DNA of 64,000 nt, from the NCBI RefSeq assembly GCF_009914755.1, contig NC_060932.1. One strand, 5' to 3'. The notes under the pieces were generated by a model. That model saw nothing but the letters and a program-made list of their open reading frames with translations, was not told where the DNA came from and did not search any database. How positions within the stretch are numbered: position 1 is the first letter of the stretch; each line of letters starts with the position of its first letter. The position numbers and the translations under genes are program-made. This stretch comes from the human T2T-CHM13v2.0 reference genome, Homo sapiens. Positions 1 to 13,620 of the stretch are shown one piece after another.

Positions 1-1126
1 TTGGCTTCCAGCCAGGAGGTGACACTTGCAAAAGAATACCAGCTGCAGTGGTAATGATGGGATTTGTGCTTGCCTCATGTTACCCAGGGAAGGTACTCTG
101 GTTTCTCAGGTAATGGGCAAGGCCATTAAGCTTCCAAAAATTTCTGTCCTTTGTGTTAAGCTACCAGGGAGGGTGGAGGGACAAAGCCAGGTGGGGGCTG
201 AGTTAGGGAGGTCTATGCTCTGACTCTGCATGACAGGCAAGCAGCAGCCCCTGTGGAAGTTGTGGGTTAGTTTTCTGGCCACTGGGGTAAGGTTTCAAAG
301 AGGAGCATAGCTGCCTCTGTTGCACAGAAGTTTGTGCAAGGAGTAAGGAGCACCCAGCTTCCACGCACTTGGCAAGGCAGATCTCACACCTGCAGTTTTC
401 TGCTAGCAGCAGTGAGCTAAGTTCCAGGCTGTCTACACTCAGAACTAAAAACTGCCCCAGGCCATAAGCCTTCACTGCAGAAATAGCAAACGTGGCTTTT
501 GGGCCATACCCCTCCCAGTCCACCCACACAGCTCCTACATTTATGGCTGCATCAAACTTCTCATTTGCTTCCCAGCCCCCATCCCCCTGTCCCAACTGCT
601 TCTGGCTAAGGGTGTTCCCCCTCACTAGAAGTTGTATCACAAAATTCACTTGCGAGCTTCTTTCCATCTGTGACCACTGCCTGAGTAGGCAGACCTCCAT
701 GAGGTCCCCTGTGAGGCAGAATAAAGAATGGCTTCCCTTGGTTTGCAGTGGAGACTGGGAATGCATGCAAGGTTCTTCCTGCTGCTGTTCCTACTTTTAT
801 ATTCCTCCCTGCTCCCTAAATCAGTTCTAGCACGGTATAGGGTTAAGGCCTTCCCCCGTGGCCTGGATTTCTAGATTTCCCGGTGGGGGTGTATATGCTG
901 GAGGCAGCCTTTCTCCTTCTCACACTCTAGGGACAAAGTTTTCTTCTGGCTTATGGTGTAGGCTGCATCCTGCCACATCTTTAAAAGAAACTGTGGATTT
1001 CAGTTTTCCTGTTAAGTTCCTGCATTGCTTTTTGAAAAAAAAGTTCACAGTGTGAGTATCTACATGCTGTTTTGTCTTTCCAAGCAGGAGAGGCATGCTA
1101 ATGATGCCTCCAATCTGCCATCTTGG
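1..1126 (-). mobile_element. L1 5'UTR fragment (old primate L1PB/L1M1-like), continuing out of the window to the left
   Basis: GC-richer L1 5'UTR-type sequence ending at GCCATCTTGG (1117-1126), which is CCAAGATGGC on the minus strand, the YY1 motif that marks L1 5' ends. Subfamily assigned by eye. Confidence 0.7.
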
Positions 1127-1135
1127 AAAAAAAAA

Positions 1136-1952
1136 CCAGAATATCATTAAATGTCCATACTACACAAAGTGATCTACAGATTCAGTGCAATCCCTATCAA
1201 AATTCCAATGTCATTCTTCACAGAAACAGAAAACACAATCTTAAAATTTGAATAGGGCCACAAGATCCAAATAGCCAAGACAGCATTGACCAAAAAGAAC
1301 AAAGCTGGAGGCATCACACAGCTGGATTTAAAAATATACTACAAAGCTATAGTAATCAAAACAGCATGACACTGGCATAAAAATAGACACATTGACCAAT
1401 GAATAGAATAGAGAGCTCAGAAATAAACCCACACACCTATGGTCAATTGATTTTCAAAAAGGGTGCCAGGTACAGACAATGGGGAAAAGGGCAGTCTCTT
1501 CAATAAGCTGTGTTGGAAAAAATGCATATCTTCATGCAGGAAAATAAAAATAAACCCTTATCTTCACCCCTTATACAAGAATCAACTCAGAATAAAGATT
1601 TAAATGTTAAGACCTAAAACTATAAAACTAACAGGCGAAAACATAGGGAGAAACCTCCAGGACATTGGTCTGGGTAGTGATTTCTTGGATTGTTCCCCAA
1701 AGCACAGGCAATGAAAGCAAAAATAGACAAATGAGATTGCATTAAACTAAAAAGCTTATGCACAGCAAAGGAAATAGTTAACAGAGCAAAAAAGCAACCC
1801 ACAGATTGGGAGAAAATATTTGTAAACCATACATTGTACAAGGGGATAAGATCCAAAATATATAAGCAACCAAGAAACAAGAAAACAAATAACTCTATTA
1901 AAAAATGGGCAAAAGACCTGAATAGTTGTTTCTCAAAAGAAGACATACAAAT
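1136..1952 (+). mobile_element. L1 (L1MA/L1PB-like) ORF2 3' fragment
   Basis: Typical ORF2 sequence (aaaaagaacaaagctggaggcatcac, atgggcaaaagacctgaatag) and the ORF fragment [16 protein letters not shown]. Confidence 0.85.
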
Positions 1953-3619
1953 CATAGTTTTTTTAATGAAATGGGTTAAAGAAAGATGGCTGTGGCCTAT
2001 TATCTTGTTTTTCATGTCTTCTAACTGCCTTTAAGCAGAAATACCTTTTTTGTTTTGTTAATTATCCCCTCTTATACTGAAGTTGTGTGGCCCCAGCTGA
2101 AATTGGATGACACAAAGTGTGCTCATGCTGCATCAGGTTTGTAAGTTATCTTCAACTCACTGCAAGTGCTTGTCAGTTTTTAGTTCTCTGGAAAGCAGAT
2201 GATTATTGGGATGTTAATATTAAGCTTTTGTTTGTCTTCAGTGTTATCTGCTATGTTCATCAATGTGATTACTTTAGGCCCAGTGGCTGTTGCAGTATCA
2301 CATTCTCTTATTGTAAAACTGCAATATGTAAGTCTTTTCCTTTCCTATCACTTATAATAGGACACTTACTCATGTTTTACTGAGAAAGTACATAAACGCA
2401 GCAGGATATTTCCCATAGGGCAATGGACTTGAGTAAAATGGGGTAAGAGAGATAAGGTATATTGTATATTCTTCCCAGGTCATTATGCTCAGTTGGATGG
2501 TGTCTTTCACATTTACTGATATTATCCAATAGTGCAATGCATAGTTACCTGGTGAAGAATGGCTTATGAACAAATATGATTTTGGTTTTGGGGATTCCTT
2601 ATTTATCTGCACTAATTTGCACATTGAGGATACATATGGTAACAGAAAACATAGCGTTCTTCTTCTTTCCAATGTTTGGAATAATTTGACTTTCCTTCTT
2701 TTTATATAAGAATTTGTATTATTTTTAAAAAGTCCTCTTCTGTTTCTTCTATTCATTTTACTTTGATAGGAGCTGCTATTCTAGGGTCCAGCTTATCTTC
2801 CTCCCTTGGACTACTGAGTCCCATACAGTGAATTGTGATTTTTATTTGGCTACTTGAGGTTGTATTCTCTCAGGGTATGTACAGATCAGGCAGTTAAACT
2901 CTCAGACAATGGCAAATTGTTAGGCAGTGGGAGGTGTAATAGTTTCTGCTTCTAAACTGTTGCACTATCTTGGCTCAAAGCCTCTCTAAAAAAAAAATAA
3001 GTTTTAAAATAAACTTTTCTGTTTCAGTTTTCTCTGAATGCAAAATGGAGTTGTCTCCTAACAGCAAGCAGTAGGAGCAATTCAGTCCACCAATATAGCC
3101 TCTGTTTAGGTCTACATGCATCAGCAGAATCAGGCAACCCTTCCTCTCATGCACAGCAAGTGAGAGTGAGGTTTATGGTGATTATTCTCAATATTCTTAT
3201 TGAATACTTCATATTATAATGATTTGGCTCAATATTCTTATAGACCATGTCTCTATGATCTTACTTGCTCAAACACTCAAGTTTTGTTAAAAATAAGGAC
3301 CTTTCTTCAGTGGTCCTTCCACCATCCAACAAACATGTGCCAGCACTGTTCTAGGTGCTTGGTATACACTGGGCAAAAATTCCTATTAAAGCTGATGTAT
3401 CAGGAACTGGAGACTTATTTCATATTGGCTCACTCCCCTAAAATTACTCCATCAAAAGTAAGACGGGCAGGTTCTTTTTGGTCCAACACCTTAAAATGTA
3501 ACTGAGACTTCCTTTTGAATGGTAGTTGTTAACCTGTGCCGGGTTATACGTGCTTTGTTAAAGAATTTGTAATACAGAAACATATTCACCTTTTCTCATC
3601 TAGCAGTGGGTAAGTCCAT

Positions 3620-3800
3620 GGGCTTTCAAGTCCAACTGCCTGGATGCAAATCCTGATTTTACCTTAGCCAAATTACTTAATTTATTGCTGCTTCACTGTG
3701 TCCCCTTTAAATTGGGAGGATAACAGTACCTCCATTACAGTATGTATTAATTAAATAATTCATATAAAGTGGTTGTGCCTGGCACATAGTAGGTGCTTAT
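3620..3800 (+). mobile_element. MIR SINE fragment
   Basis: Degenerate MIR core ending in gtgcctggcacatagtaggtgct. Confidence 0.6.
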
Positions 3801-3959
3801 GTCATATTTAATGCAGTTATTAAATAAACATGTTTACATCATAATTCACACAGTTGTATTAGCACATTTGACAACCAGTTTTACTTGTTTACAGATCTAT
3901 CTATACTTCCTTCCCATCCTACAATAGACTCTTTGATGGGGCACGGAAGTGTTGGGGGC

Positions 3960-4045
3960 AACTTGTATGATTTCTGTTTTCCCAGGACCTAGCACTGTGC
4001 CTGGTATATAGCAGTACTGAATATATGTTTGCTGAATGAATGGGA
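3960..4045 (+). mobile_element. L2 3' end fragment
   Basis: cctagcactgtgcctggtatatagcagtactgaatatatgtttgctgaatgaatg resembles the L2 3' terminus. Confidence 0.6.
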
Positions 4046-4623
4046 AAGTTGGTCTGAAATTCATTCCTTGATTGGCTATGGCAAGAGATGAAAAAATACC
4101 ACCATGAAAATGCTCAAATGCAGTGGCTCAGTATCTTAATTTCTAGAGAGCATATTTTACAAGCAATAGTCATCCCAGCACCCCAATCTAAGTGCCAGTA
4201 CAGAGATGAATGGAAGCCAACAGGACAGATATGGGAAAACAGTGTGGAGAGTCTACAAACAGAATCACTGGCAGGGAAGAGGGATTTCTAACGAGCAGAC
4301 AGGCATTATGTATTCTGGTGTCATTGTGGGGCCAAGAGGCTATAAGGGACACAGAAAAAGATAGCAGTTTATAAATATTTCAGGGCAAACTTTACCCTAC
4401 TAAGCTGCAAATATGAATTTAGATGGATGACAAGTTAGATAAAAAAAGCCACTGAAATGAAAAGTGAAGGTAGAGCTTGTTCACAAGGGACAAGAATAGT
4501 GACCTGCAAACTTGAGAAAATCTGCATGGAGAGGCATTTTTGGAATGTGTAACTGCAATTCTATACACAGGGTCTGTTTTTTATCATTAAATGCAACACT
4601 AAATAGTCAACCAAGTAAGTGAT

Positions 4624-4629
4624 TTTATT
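4624..4629 (-). terminator. MRPL13: MRPL13 polyadenylation signal AATAAA
   Basis: tttatt on + at 4624-4629, ~235 nt downstream of the stop codon; an alternative ATTAAA lies at 4687-4692. Confidence 0.65.
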
Positions 4630-4863
4630 ATTATCAACTATAACATTCAAATCAGATTACATAAAAATGGTTCTATAAAATTATATTTTAATTACAATTT
4701 CCTATTGAAGGACTACACCTTCCTGACCTTTCCCCACAGTGATTCGGCACATAAAACAGGTGCTGAACTGTAGCAGTTGTTTTACTCCATCCTGTAGGTT
4801 AGAGAAACTCATCAGAAGAAAGTTTCAATCACTTCACTGTTATTTTCTGCAATTCTTATTCTC

Positions 4864-4885
4864 TTATAGCCGATAATCTTCAGGT
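4864..4885 (-). CDS. MRPL13: MRPL13 exon 7, coding part ((P)PEDYRL*)
   Basis: tttcag|A CCT GAA GAT TAT CGG CTA TAA; completes a 537-nt CDS (178 aa plus stop). Confidence 0.97.
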
Positions 4886-7678
4886 CTGAAAGAAAAAATC
4901 AACATATTTCTTCATGAATCATTATTTTGTTTTCTCCTGACTGATGAGGATTATTTTTCCAATTTAAAATAAAAATAACTGTTCACCAAGAAATAGCTAC
5001 AAACACTATATCTAAATTTTTGGTGAAAAAAAAACATTAACATCAAATCTTTATAAAGTAGAACAGTTAAGTGACAACTCCAAAGTCTTTTTGAAAGTAT
5101 AAATATAAGCCACCTTGTGCCTATATAAGAATGTATTTAGTAACTTAATAATTTGAATTCAATTTCTCTGTTCCATTTTTAAACTTTTATAAAGTCCTTA
5201 TTGAAAAGATTACTATAATCTTTAAGAGTTTAAAAATCATACGAAGACATGGATTTATAGTACAAATGCAAATTTTGAGTAAGTGATTTTTCCTATTTAT
5301 ATTATCATATGCTAAATTTAATTTTCATTATGATCCATATACAAAATAAGTGTATAAACATCAGTCCTTTAATATTTATTTACAAACATAACTGGTTTTC
5401 CTTATTTATGCAATTATAAGATTAACCACACCTGAGAGCTGCTTTCATTAGTCAATTAAAAAAAATTTTCAGAAGTATTAAATTATAACAATAGACAAAA
5501 TTAAACATAGGAAATTATAAAATGCAAACAATTTGTCCTGTTATCTTTTCAAAAGTGTATTTGTAGGTGTTGGGTTTCCATATGGAATTTTCTGAAGGAA
5601 GTTGGTAACAAACTAAACAGATATTTTGGCAAAGATGACTGATTAGAAGCAGCTGTGGTCTGCAGTTCTCCCAGAGGAATGAAAATGGCAAGTGAATTCA
5701 GCACCTTCAACTGAAATATCCAGGTTTTCACATTGGGACTGACTAGGCGGACAACTCGACCCATGGAGAAAGAACTAAGGAAATCAGGATGGAGTGATTG
5801 CCCACCTGGGAGTGGCATGGAGCCAAAGAAACCCCCACTCCCAGCCACGGGAAGCAGTGAGTGATTGTGTGACCCCCACCTGGGAAACCACGTTTCTCTC
5901 ACGGATCTTTGCAGCCTGTGGATCAGGAGATACCCTCGTGAGCCCACACCACCAGGGCCTTGGGTCCAATACACAGAGCTGTGCAGTCTTGGAAGAGCAG
6001 TTGCTCAGGCTCACACAGAGACCCAGGAGTTTAATAGACTCTAGCCCCAGGAATCCCGGTAAGGCAGGAGATCCATCCATAAATTCTCCAAGGAAGGGAG
6101 CTGAATCCAGGGAGCCAAGCGGTGTTGTTCTGCGGGCCCCACTTCCATGGCATCTCACAAGTTAAGCCTCACTGGATTGGAAATCCAGCCAACCAGTGCA
6201 ACAGGCTGGAGACTGCCTGAGATGGACAAGTTCCTGGGGGGAGGGGCAGCTGCCATTTCTGTGGTTAGGTCGACTCAGCCATTCTAGTCTGCCAGCTCCA
6301 AGGAGTCCACTGGACAAGGAGGAGTCGCCCACAATGCAACACAGCTGCTGTGCCAGATCACAGCCACACTGCTTCTTTAAGTGGGACCCTAATCCATCCC
6401 TCCTCACTGGGTGGTGCCTCCCTGCAGGAATTTCAACAACTCTAGCCAGGGTTATATGAACAGGACTCTGATCTCTCCCTGGGATGGAGCCCTGGGGAGA
6501 GACGGCCCCTGTTTCTGCAGTTCATTTGACACAGCCATTCCAGCCTGCCAGCTCCAGGGAGTCCAGGCAGTCTAGACAAGGAGGAGTCTACCATAATGCA
6601 GCATAGCTGCTGTGCCAGATTGTGGCCAGACTTTTTCTTTAAGTGGGACCCCGATCCATCCCTCCTCACCAGTTGGTGCCAGTGAGCACCAGCAACTCCA
6701 GGAATTTCAGGAACTCCAGCCAGGGTTATACAGACAGATCTCTGATCCCTCCCAGGGATGGAGCCCCTGGCGGGAGGGGTGGCCAACATCTAAGCAGTTC
6801 AGTCGACACAGCCTTTCCAGACTGTTGGCTCTGGACAGTTGAAGCAGTCCGGATGGGGATGGGATCCCCACAGTGCAGCACACCTACTCTACCAAAAAGC
6901 AGCCAGACTGCTTTAAGCAGGTCCCTGATCCTGTCTCTCCTGACTGGGTGAGACCTCCCAACAGGGGTCTCTAGACAACTCCTACAGGAGTGTCTGGGCT
7001 GGCAACAGGTCAGTACCCCTCTAGGACAGAGCTCCCAAAGGAAGGAACAGGCTACCATCATTGCTGTTTTGCAGCCTTAACTGGTGATACCTCCAGGTAA
7101 GGTAAAAACTGAAACAACTAGGGTCTGGAGCAATCCCCCAGCAAACTGCAACAGTCCTATGGAAAAGTGGTCTGACTGTTAAAAGAAAAACAACAAACAA
7201 ACAAAGTAACAACAACAACATCAACAAAAAAGACCCCACAAAACCCCACTGAAAGGTAAGCCACCTCAAAAATCTAAGACAGATAAGCCCACAAAGATGA
7301 GAAAGAATCAATGCAAAAACCTGGAAAACTCTAAAAGCCAGAGTGCTGCTTCTCCTCCAAATGACAGCAACACCTCTCCAGCAAGGGCACAGAACTGGGC
7401 TGAAGTTGAGATGGCTGAACTGACAGAAGTAGGCTTCAGAAGGTGAGTAATAATGAACTTCACTGAGCTAAAGGAGCATGCTGTAACCCAATGCAAATAA
7501 GTTAAGAATCATGATAAAACAATACAGGAGCCAACAGCCAGAATAGCCAGTTTAGAGAGGAGCATTACTGACCTGATGGAGCTGAAAAATACAACATGAG
7601 AAATACATAATGCAATCACAAGTATTAATAGCAGAATAGACCAAGTATCTTTCTCAAATAAGACAGGCAGACAATAAT

Positions 7679-7709
<31 letters not shown>

Positions 7710-7714
7710 CACAC
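7679..7714 (+). repeat. (CA)n microsatellite inside L1 ORF1
   Basis: acacacacacacaaacacacacacacacacacaca. Confidence 0.9.
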
Positions 7715-9460
7715 AGAATGAAAAGGAATGAACAAAACCTCCAAGAAATATGGGACTATGTAAAAACCTATGACTAATTGGGGTACCTGAAAAAGACAAG
7801 GAAAACAGAACCAAGTTGGAAAACATACTTCAAGATTATCATCCAGGAGAACTTCCCCAACCTAGCAAGACAGGCCAAAACTCAAATTCAGGAAATCTGG
7901 AGAACCCCAGTAAGGTACTCCATGAGAAAAGCAACTTCAAGACACATAATCTTCAGATTCTCCAAGGTCAAAATAAAAGAAAAAATGTTAAGGACAGCCA
8001 GAGAGAAAGGCCAGGTCACCTACGAAGAGAAACCAGTCAGACTAACAGTGGACCTCTCAGTAGAAACCCTACCAGCCAGAAGAGATTGGGGGCCAATTTT
8101 CAACATTCTTAAAGAAAAGAAATTCCAACCCAGAATTTCATGTCTGGCCAAACCAAGCTTCATAAGTGAAGAAGAAATAAGATCTTTTTCAGACAAACAA
8201 ATACTGAGGGAATTCGTCACCACCAGGCCTGCCTTGCAAGAGCTCCTGAAGAAAGCATTAAATATGGAAAGGAACAACCATTACCAGCCACTACAAAAAC
8301 ACACTAAAGTACACAGACCAGTGATGCTATGAAGCAACCACATAAACAAGTCTGCAAAATAACCAGCTAGCATCATGACAGGATCAAATTCATACATAAC
8401 AATATTAACCTTAAATGTAAATAGGCTAAATGACCCAATTAAAAGACACAGAATGGCAAACCGGATAAAGAGTTGAGACCCATCAGTATGCTGTCTTCAA
8501 GGGACCCATCTCATGAACAAAGACACACATAGGCTCGAAATAAAGGGATGGAGGAAAATTTACCAAGCAAATGGAAAACAGAAAAAAGCAGGGGCTACAA
8601 TCCTAATTTCTTACAAAACAGACTTTAAACCAACCAAAATTAAAAAAGACAGAAGGGCATTACATAATGGTAAAGGGTTCAATTCAAGAGTTAACTATCC
8701 TAAATATATATGCACCTAATTCAGGAGTACGCAGATTCATAAAGCAAGTTCTTAGAGACCTATAAAGAGACTTAGACTCCCACATGATAATTGTGGGAGA
8801 CTTTAATGCCCCACTGACAATATTTGACAGATCATTGGGACAGAAAATTAACAAAGATATTCAGGACCTGAACTCAGCTCTGGATCAAACAGAACTGATA
8901 GATATCTACAGAACTCTGCACCCCAAAACAACAGAACATACATTCTTCTCATTGCCACATGGCATTTACTCTAAAACTGATCACAGTAAGGTAAAACACT
9001 TCTCAGCAAATGCAAAGAACTGAAATCATAACAGTCTCTCAGATCACAGTGCAATCAAATTAGAACTCAAGGCTAAGAAATTCACTCAAAACCACACAAC
9101 TATATGGAAACCGAACAATCTGCTCCTGAATGACTCCTGGGTCAATAATGAAATTAAGGCAGAAATCAAGGAGTTCTTTGAAACTAATGAGAATGAAGAG
9201 ACAACATATCAGAATCTCTGAGACGCAGCTAAAGCAGTGTTAAGAGGGAAATTTGTAGCACTAAATGCCCACGACAAAAAGCTACTTAGATCTCAAATTA
9301 ACAACCTGATATTGCAACAAAAAGAACTAGAGTACCAAGAGCAAACACAGCTAGCAGAAGACAAGAAATAACCAAGATCAGAGTAGAACTGAAGGAGACA
9401 GAGACAAGAAAAATCCTTCAAAAAAAAATCAATGAATCCAGGAGCTGGTTTCTTGGAAAA

Positions 9461-9499
<39 letters not shown>

Positions 9500-9500
9500 A
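9461..9500 (+). repeat. (TAAA)n microsatellite inside L1 ORF2
   Basis: About 10 tandem TAAA units. Confidence 0.9.
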
Positions 9501-9926
9501 AAAAATAGACTGCTAGTTAGACTAATAAAGGAGAAGAGAGAGGAGAATCAGACACAATCAGAAATGATAAGGGGGTATCACTACTGATCCCACACAAATA
9601 CAAACCACCATGCAAGGATACTATAAACAGCTCTATACACATAAAGTAGAAAATCTGGAAGAAATGGATAAATTCCTAGATACAAAAACCCTCCAAAGAC
9701 TGACCCAAGAAGAAATTAAATCCCTGAATAGACCCATAATTCTGAAATCGAATCAGTAATAAATAGCTCACCAACCAAAAAACAAACCCACAACCAGACA
9801 GATTTAGAGCTGAATTTTACCAGAGGTATAAAGAAGAGCTGGTACCATGGCTACTGAAACTATTCTAAAAAATTCAAAAGAAGGGACTCCTCCCTAACTT
9901 ATTTTATGAGGCCAGCATAATCCTAA

Positions 9927-10025
<99 letters not shown>

Positions 10026-10694
10026 TGAATCCAGCAGCACATCAAAAAGCTTATCCACCACAATCAAGTCAGGTTCATCCCCAGGATGCAAGGTTGGTTC
10101 AACATATGCAGATCAATAAATGTAATTCATCAACATAAAAAGAACGAAAGACATAACCATATGATCAGCTCAACAGACACAGAAAAAGCCTTTGATAAAA
10201 TTCAACATCCTTTCATGTTAAAAACTCTCAATAAACTAGGTATTGAAGGAACATGCCTCAAAATAGTAAGGGCCATATGTGACAAACCTACAGCCAATAT
10301 CATACTGAATGGCGAAAAGCTGGAAGCATTACCCTTGAAAACCAGCAAATGACAAGGATGCCCTTTTTCACCACCCCTGTTCAACACAGTACTGGAAGCT
10401 CTGGCCAGGGCAATCAGGCAAGAGAAATAAATAAAAGGTATTCAAATAGGGAGAGAAGTCAAATTACCTCTGTTTGCAGATGACATGACCCTATATCTAG
10501 AAAATCCCATCGTTTCATCCCAAAAGCTTCTTAAGCTGATAAGCAACTTCAGCAAAGTCTCAGGATACAAAATCAATGTGCAAAAATTGCTAGCATTCCT
10601 ATACACCAACAACATGCAAGCAGAGAGCCAAATCATAAATCAACTCCCATTCACAATTGCTACAAAAGAATAAAATACCTAGGAATACAGCTAA

Positions 10695-10898
<204 letters not shown>

Positions 10899-13389
10899 TA
10901 AACTATTTTAAAATTCATATGGAACCAATAAAGAGCCCAAATAGCCAAGACAATCCTAAGCAAAAAGAACAAAGCTGAAGGCACTTGGCTACCCAACTTC
11001 AAACTATACTACAAAGCTACAGTAACCAAAATCGTGTGGTACTGGTACAAGAACAGACACATAGACCAATGGAACAGAATTGAGAACTCAGAAATAAGAC
11101 CACATGCCTACAACTATCTGATCTTCGACAGACCTCACAAAAACAAGCAATGGGGAAAGGATTTTCTACTCAATAAATGGTGCTGGGAAAACTGGCTAGC
11201 CATATGTGGAAAACTGAAACTGGACCCCTTCCTTACACCTAATACAAAATTTAACTCAAGGTGAATTAAAGACTTAAATGTAAAACCCCAAACTATAAAA
11301 CCCTAGAAGAAAATCTGGGCAATACCATTCAGGACATAGGCATGGGCAGATTTCATGACAAAAATTTCAAAAGCAATTACAACAAAAGCATAAATTGACA
11401 AATGGGATCTAATTAAACTAAAGAGCGTCTGTACAGCAAAATAAACTAGCATCAGAGTCAACAGGCAACTCACAGAATGGGAGAAAATGTTTGTAATCTA
11501 TCCATCTGACAAAGGTCTAATATCCAGCATCTACAATGAACTTAGGCAAATTTAGAAGAAAAAATAACCCCATTAAAAAGCAGGCAGGCAAAGGACATGA
11601 ACAGACACTTCTTAAAAGAAGACATTCATGAGGCCAACAAACATATGAAAAAAAGCTCAACATCACTGATCATTAGAGAAATGCAAATCAAAACCACAAC
11701 TGAGATACCATCTCATGCCAGTCAGAATGGAAATTATTAAAAAGTCCAGAAACAACAGATGCTGGCAAAGTTGTGGAGAAAAAGAACACTTTTACACTGT
11801 TGGTGGGAGGGTAAATTAGTTCAACCATTGTGAAAGACAGTGTGGCAATTCCTCAAAGATCTAGAGGTAGAAATACCATTTGACCCAGCAATTCCATTTC
11901 TGGGTATATACCCAAAGGAATATAAATCATTCTATTATAAAGACAAACGCATGTGTATGTTCATTGCAGCACTATTCACAATAGCAAAGACATGGAATCA
12001 ACCCAAATTCCCAGACTGGATAAAGAAAATGTGGTATATATACACCATGGAATACTATGCAGCCATAAAAAGAAATGAGATCATGTCCTTTGCAGGAACA
12101 TGGATGGAGCTGGAAGCCATTATCCTCAGCAAACTAATGTAGGAACGGAAACCCAAACACCACATGTTCTCACGTATGGGAGCTGAAAGATGAGAATACA
12201 TGGACACATGGGGTTGGGGGGAACAACGCACAATGCAGCCTGTTAGGAGGGGTTGGGGGAGGGAGACCGTCAGGAAGAATAGCGAATGGATGCTGGAGAT
12301 GGGTTGATCTGTGCAGCAAACTACCATGGCACATGTTTACCTGTGTAACAAACCTGTACAACCTGCACGTGTACCCTGGAACTTAAAATAAATGTTCAAG
12401 AAAATAAATATTTTGAAAACACCTGTAAAAATATGTAATAGTTTGAGTTCCTTTAAAAAGTAGATGACTTTGTTTGCCCAAAAACAACTTAATCTACTAG
12501 TCCTTTTCTATATTTATAAATTTATAAATGTTTTCTGAAACTGAATACTCACAGGATACCCCATAGCCTACCTAAGAAGACTGACAGTCTACCAGCTGAG
12601 TAAAATAACTCTACTAGAATTTTAAATTGTTTATTATTAAACTCTGAGCAACAAAGGCACTGATCTGGGAAACTAGCCAGGTATGCTTTGCCATATCAGC
12701 CATCTATAACAATAAGAAGATAAACTGCAGAGTTTTGTCACTTTGTTTGTGAAATCTCTATCCAAACATAAAAACTGCATCCAAAGTCTGGGAAATAACA
12801 ATCTGATGACAGCTACACGCGGCTCCAGAATATACCCTTTTCTCCTTTGGTATGTGACTCAATATACGCAAAGCAGTTCTTAGTAAAGAGACACCAGTAC
12901 ATTTTAAGAAACAATTTATTATCCTATCCAGCTGGTTCATATAATTACAAAAGAGGTGGTGGTAATGCAATTGGAAAGAAATCTAAGTTAATGCCCCACA
13001 AGAAGTCTGCAACTCCACTCAATAGAATTAAATGTGTTTAGTCACAGTCACCAGTTGTTTCCACACAAAAGGTTAATTTATTTAATTGAAATGAAATGAC
13101 AATACCACCTTTCAGTGGAATTTAGAAGTAAAATTGAATGGTATAATCCACCACATAAAGGAATGTGGACATTGACCTCAAAGCAAATTTCCTCTTTGTC
13201 TTTTCTCTGCCTGGCAACCATGACTAATCTTTCAAAATCCACCTCAAACGTTACATTTTCTGTCAAGCTCTTCACAACAATTCCTTTCTAACACAGACTG
13301 GGCTCCTTTCTCTAGGATTGCCAGAAAGCTTAATGCATGCTTCTACTACAATGTTTCTCTAATCATACTGGCTCTTCCTTGTAAATAAC

Positions 13390-13620
13390 ACATGCTGAGT
13401 GCTCATTAGATGCCACAAAGTATAATAAAGACTTCACATGAATTATTTTATCCTCACAACTACTTTGTAAGAAAGACACTGTTATTAGTTTCATTCTACA
13501 GTGACAAAACTTAGGCTCAGAGTAGCTCAGTAACTTGGCTAAGGATACACAGCTAGGAGGTAGATGGCAGGGATCTGAGTGTAAACAATTTGACTCCGGT
13601 GCTTGCAAGCACCATTTTAT
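13390..13620 (-). mobile_element. MIR SINE
   Basis: atcctcacaac...ttaggctcagag...taacttggctaaggatacacagctag, the reverse MIR core. Confidence 0.75.

Noticed and set aside
203-830. 187-aa and 112-aa ORFs
   Set aside because: They lie in GC-richer L1 5'UTR sequence and have no protein-family features.
4088-4291. 67-aa ATG ORF as a standalone small protein
   Set aside because: Better explained as an open stretch of the decayed exon starting at the 4147 acceptor; the same frame continues past the stop.
5549-7311. Cluster of overlapping 80-140 aa ORFs on both strands
   Set aside because: By-products of the GC-rich, internally repeated L1 5'UTR.
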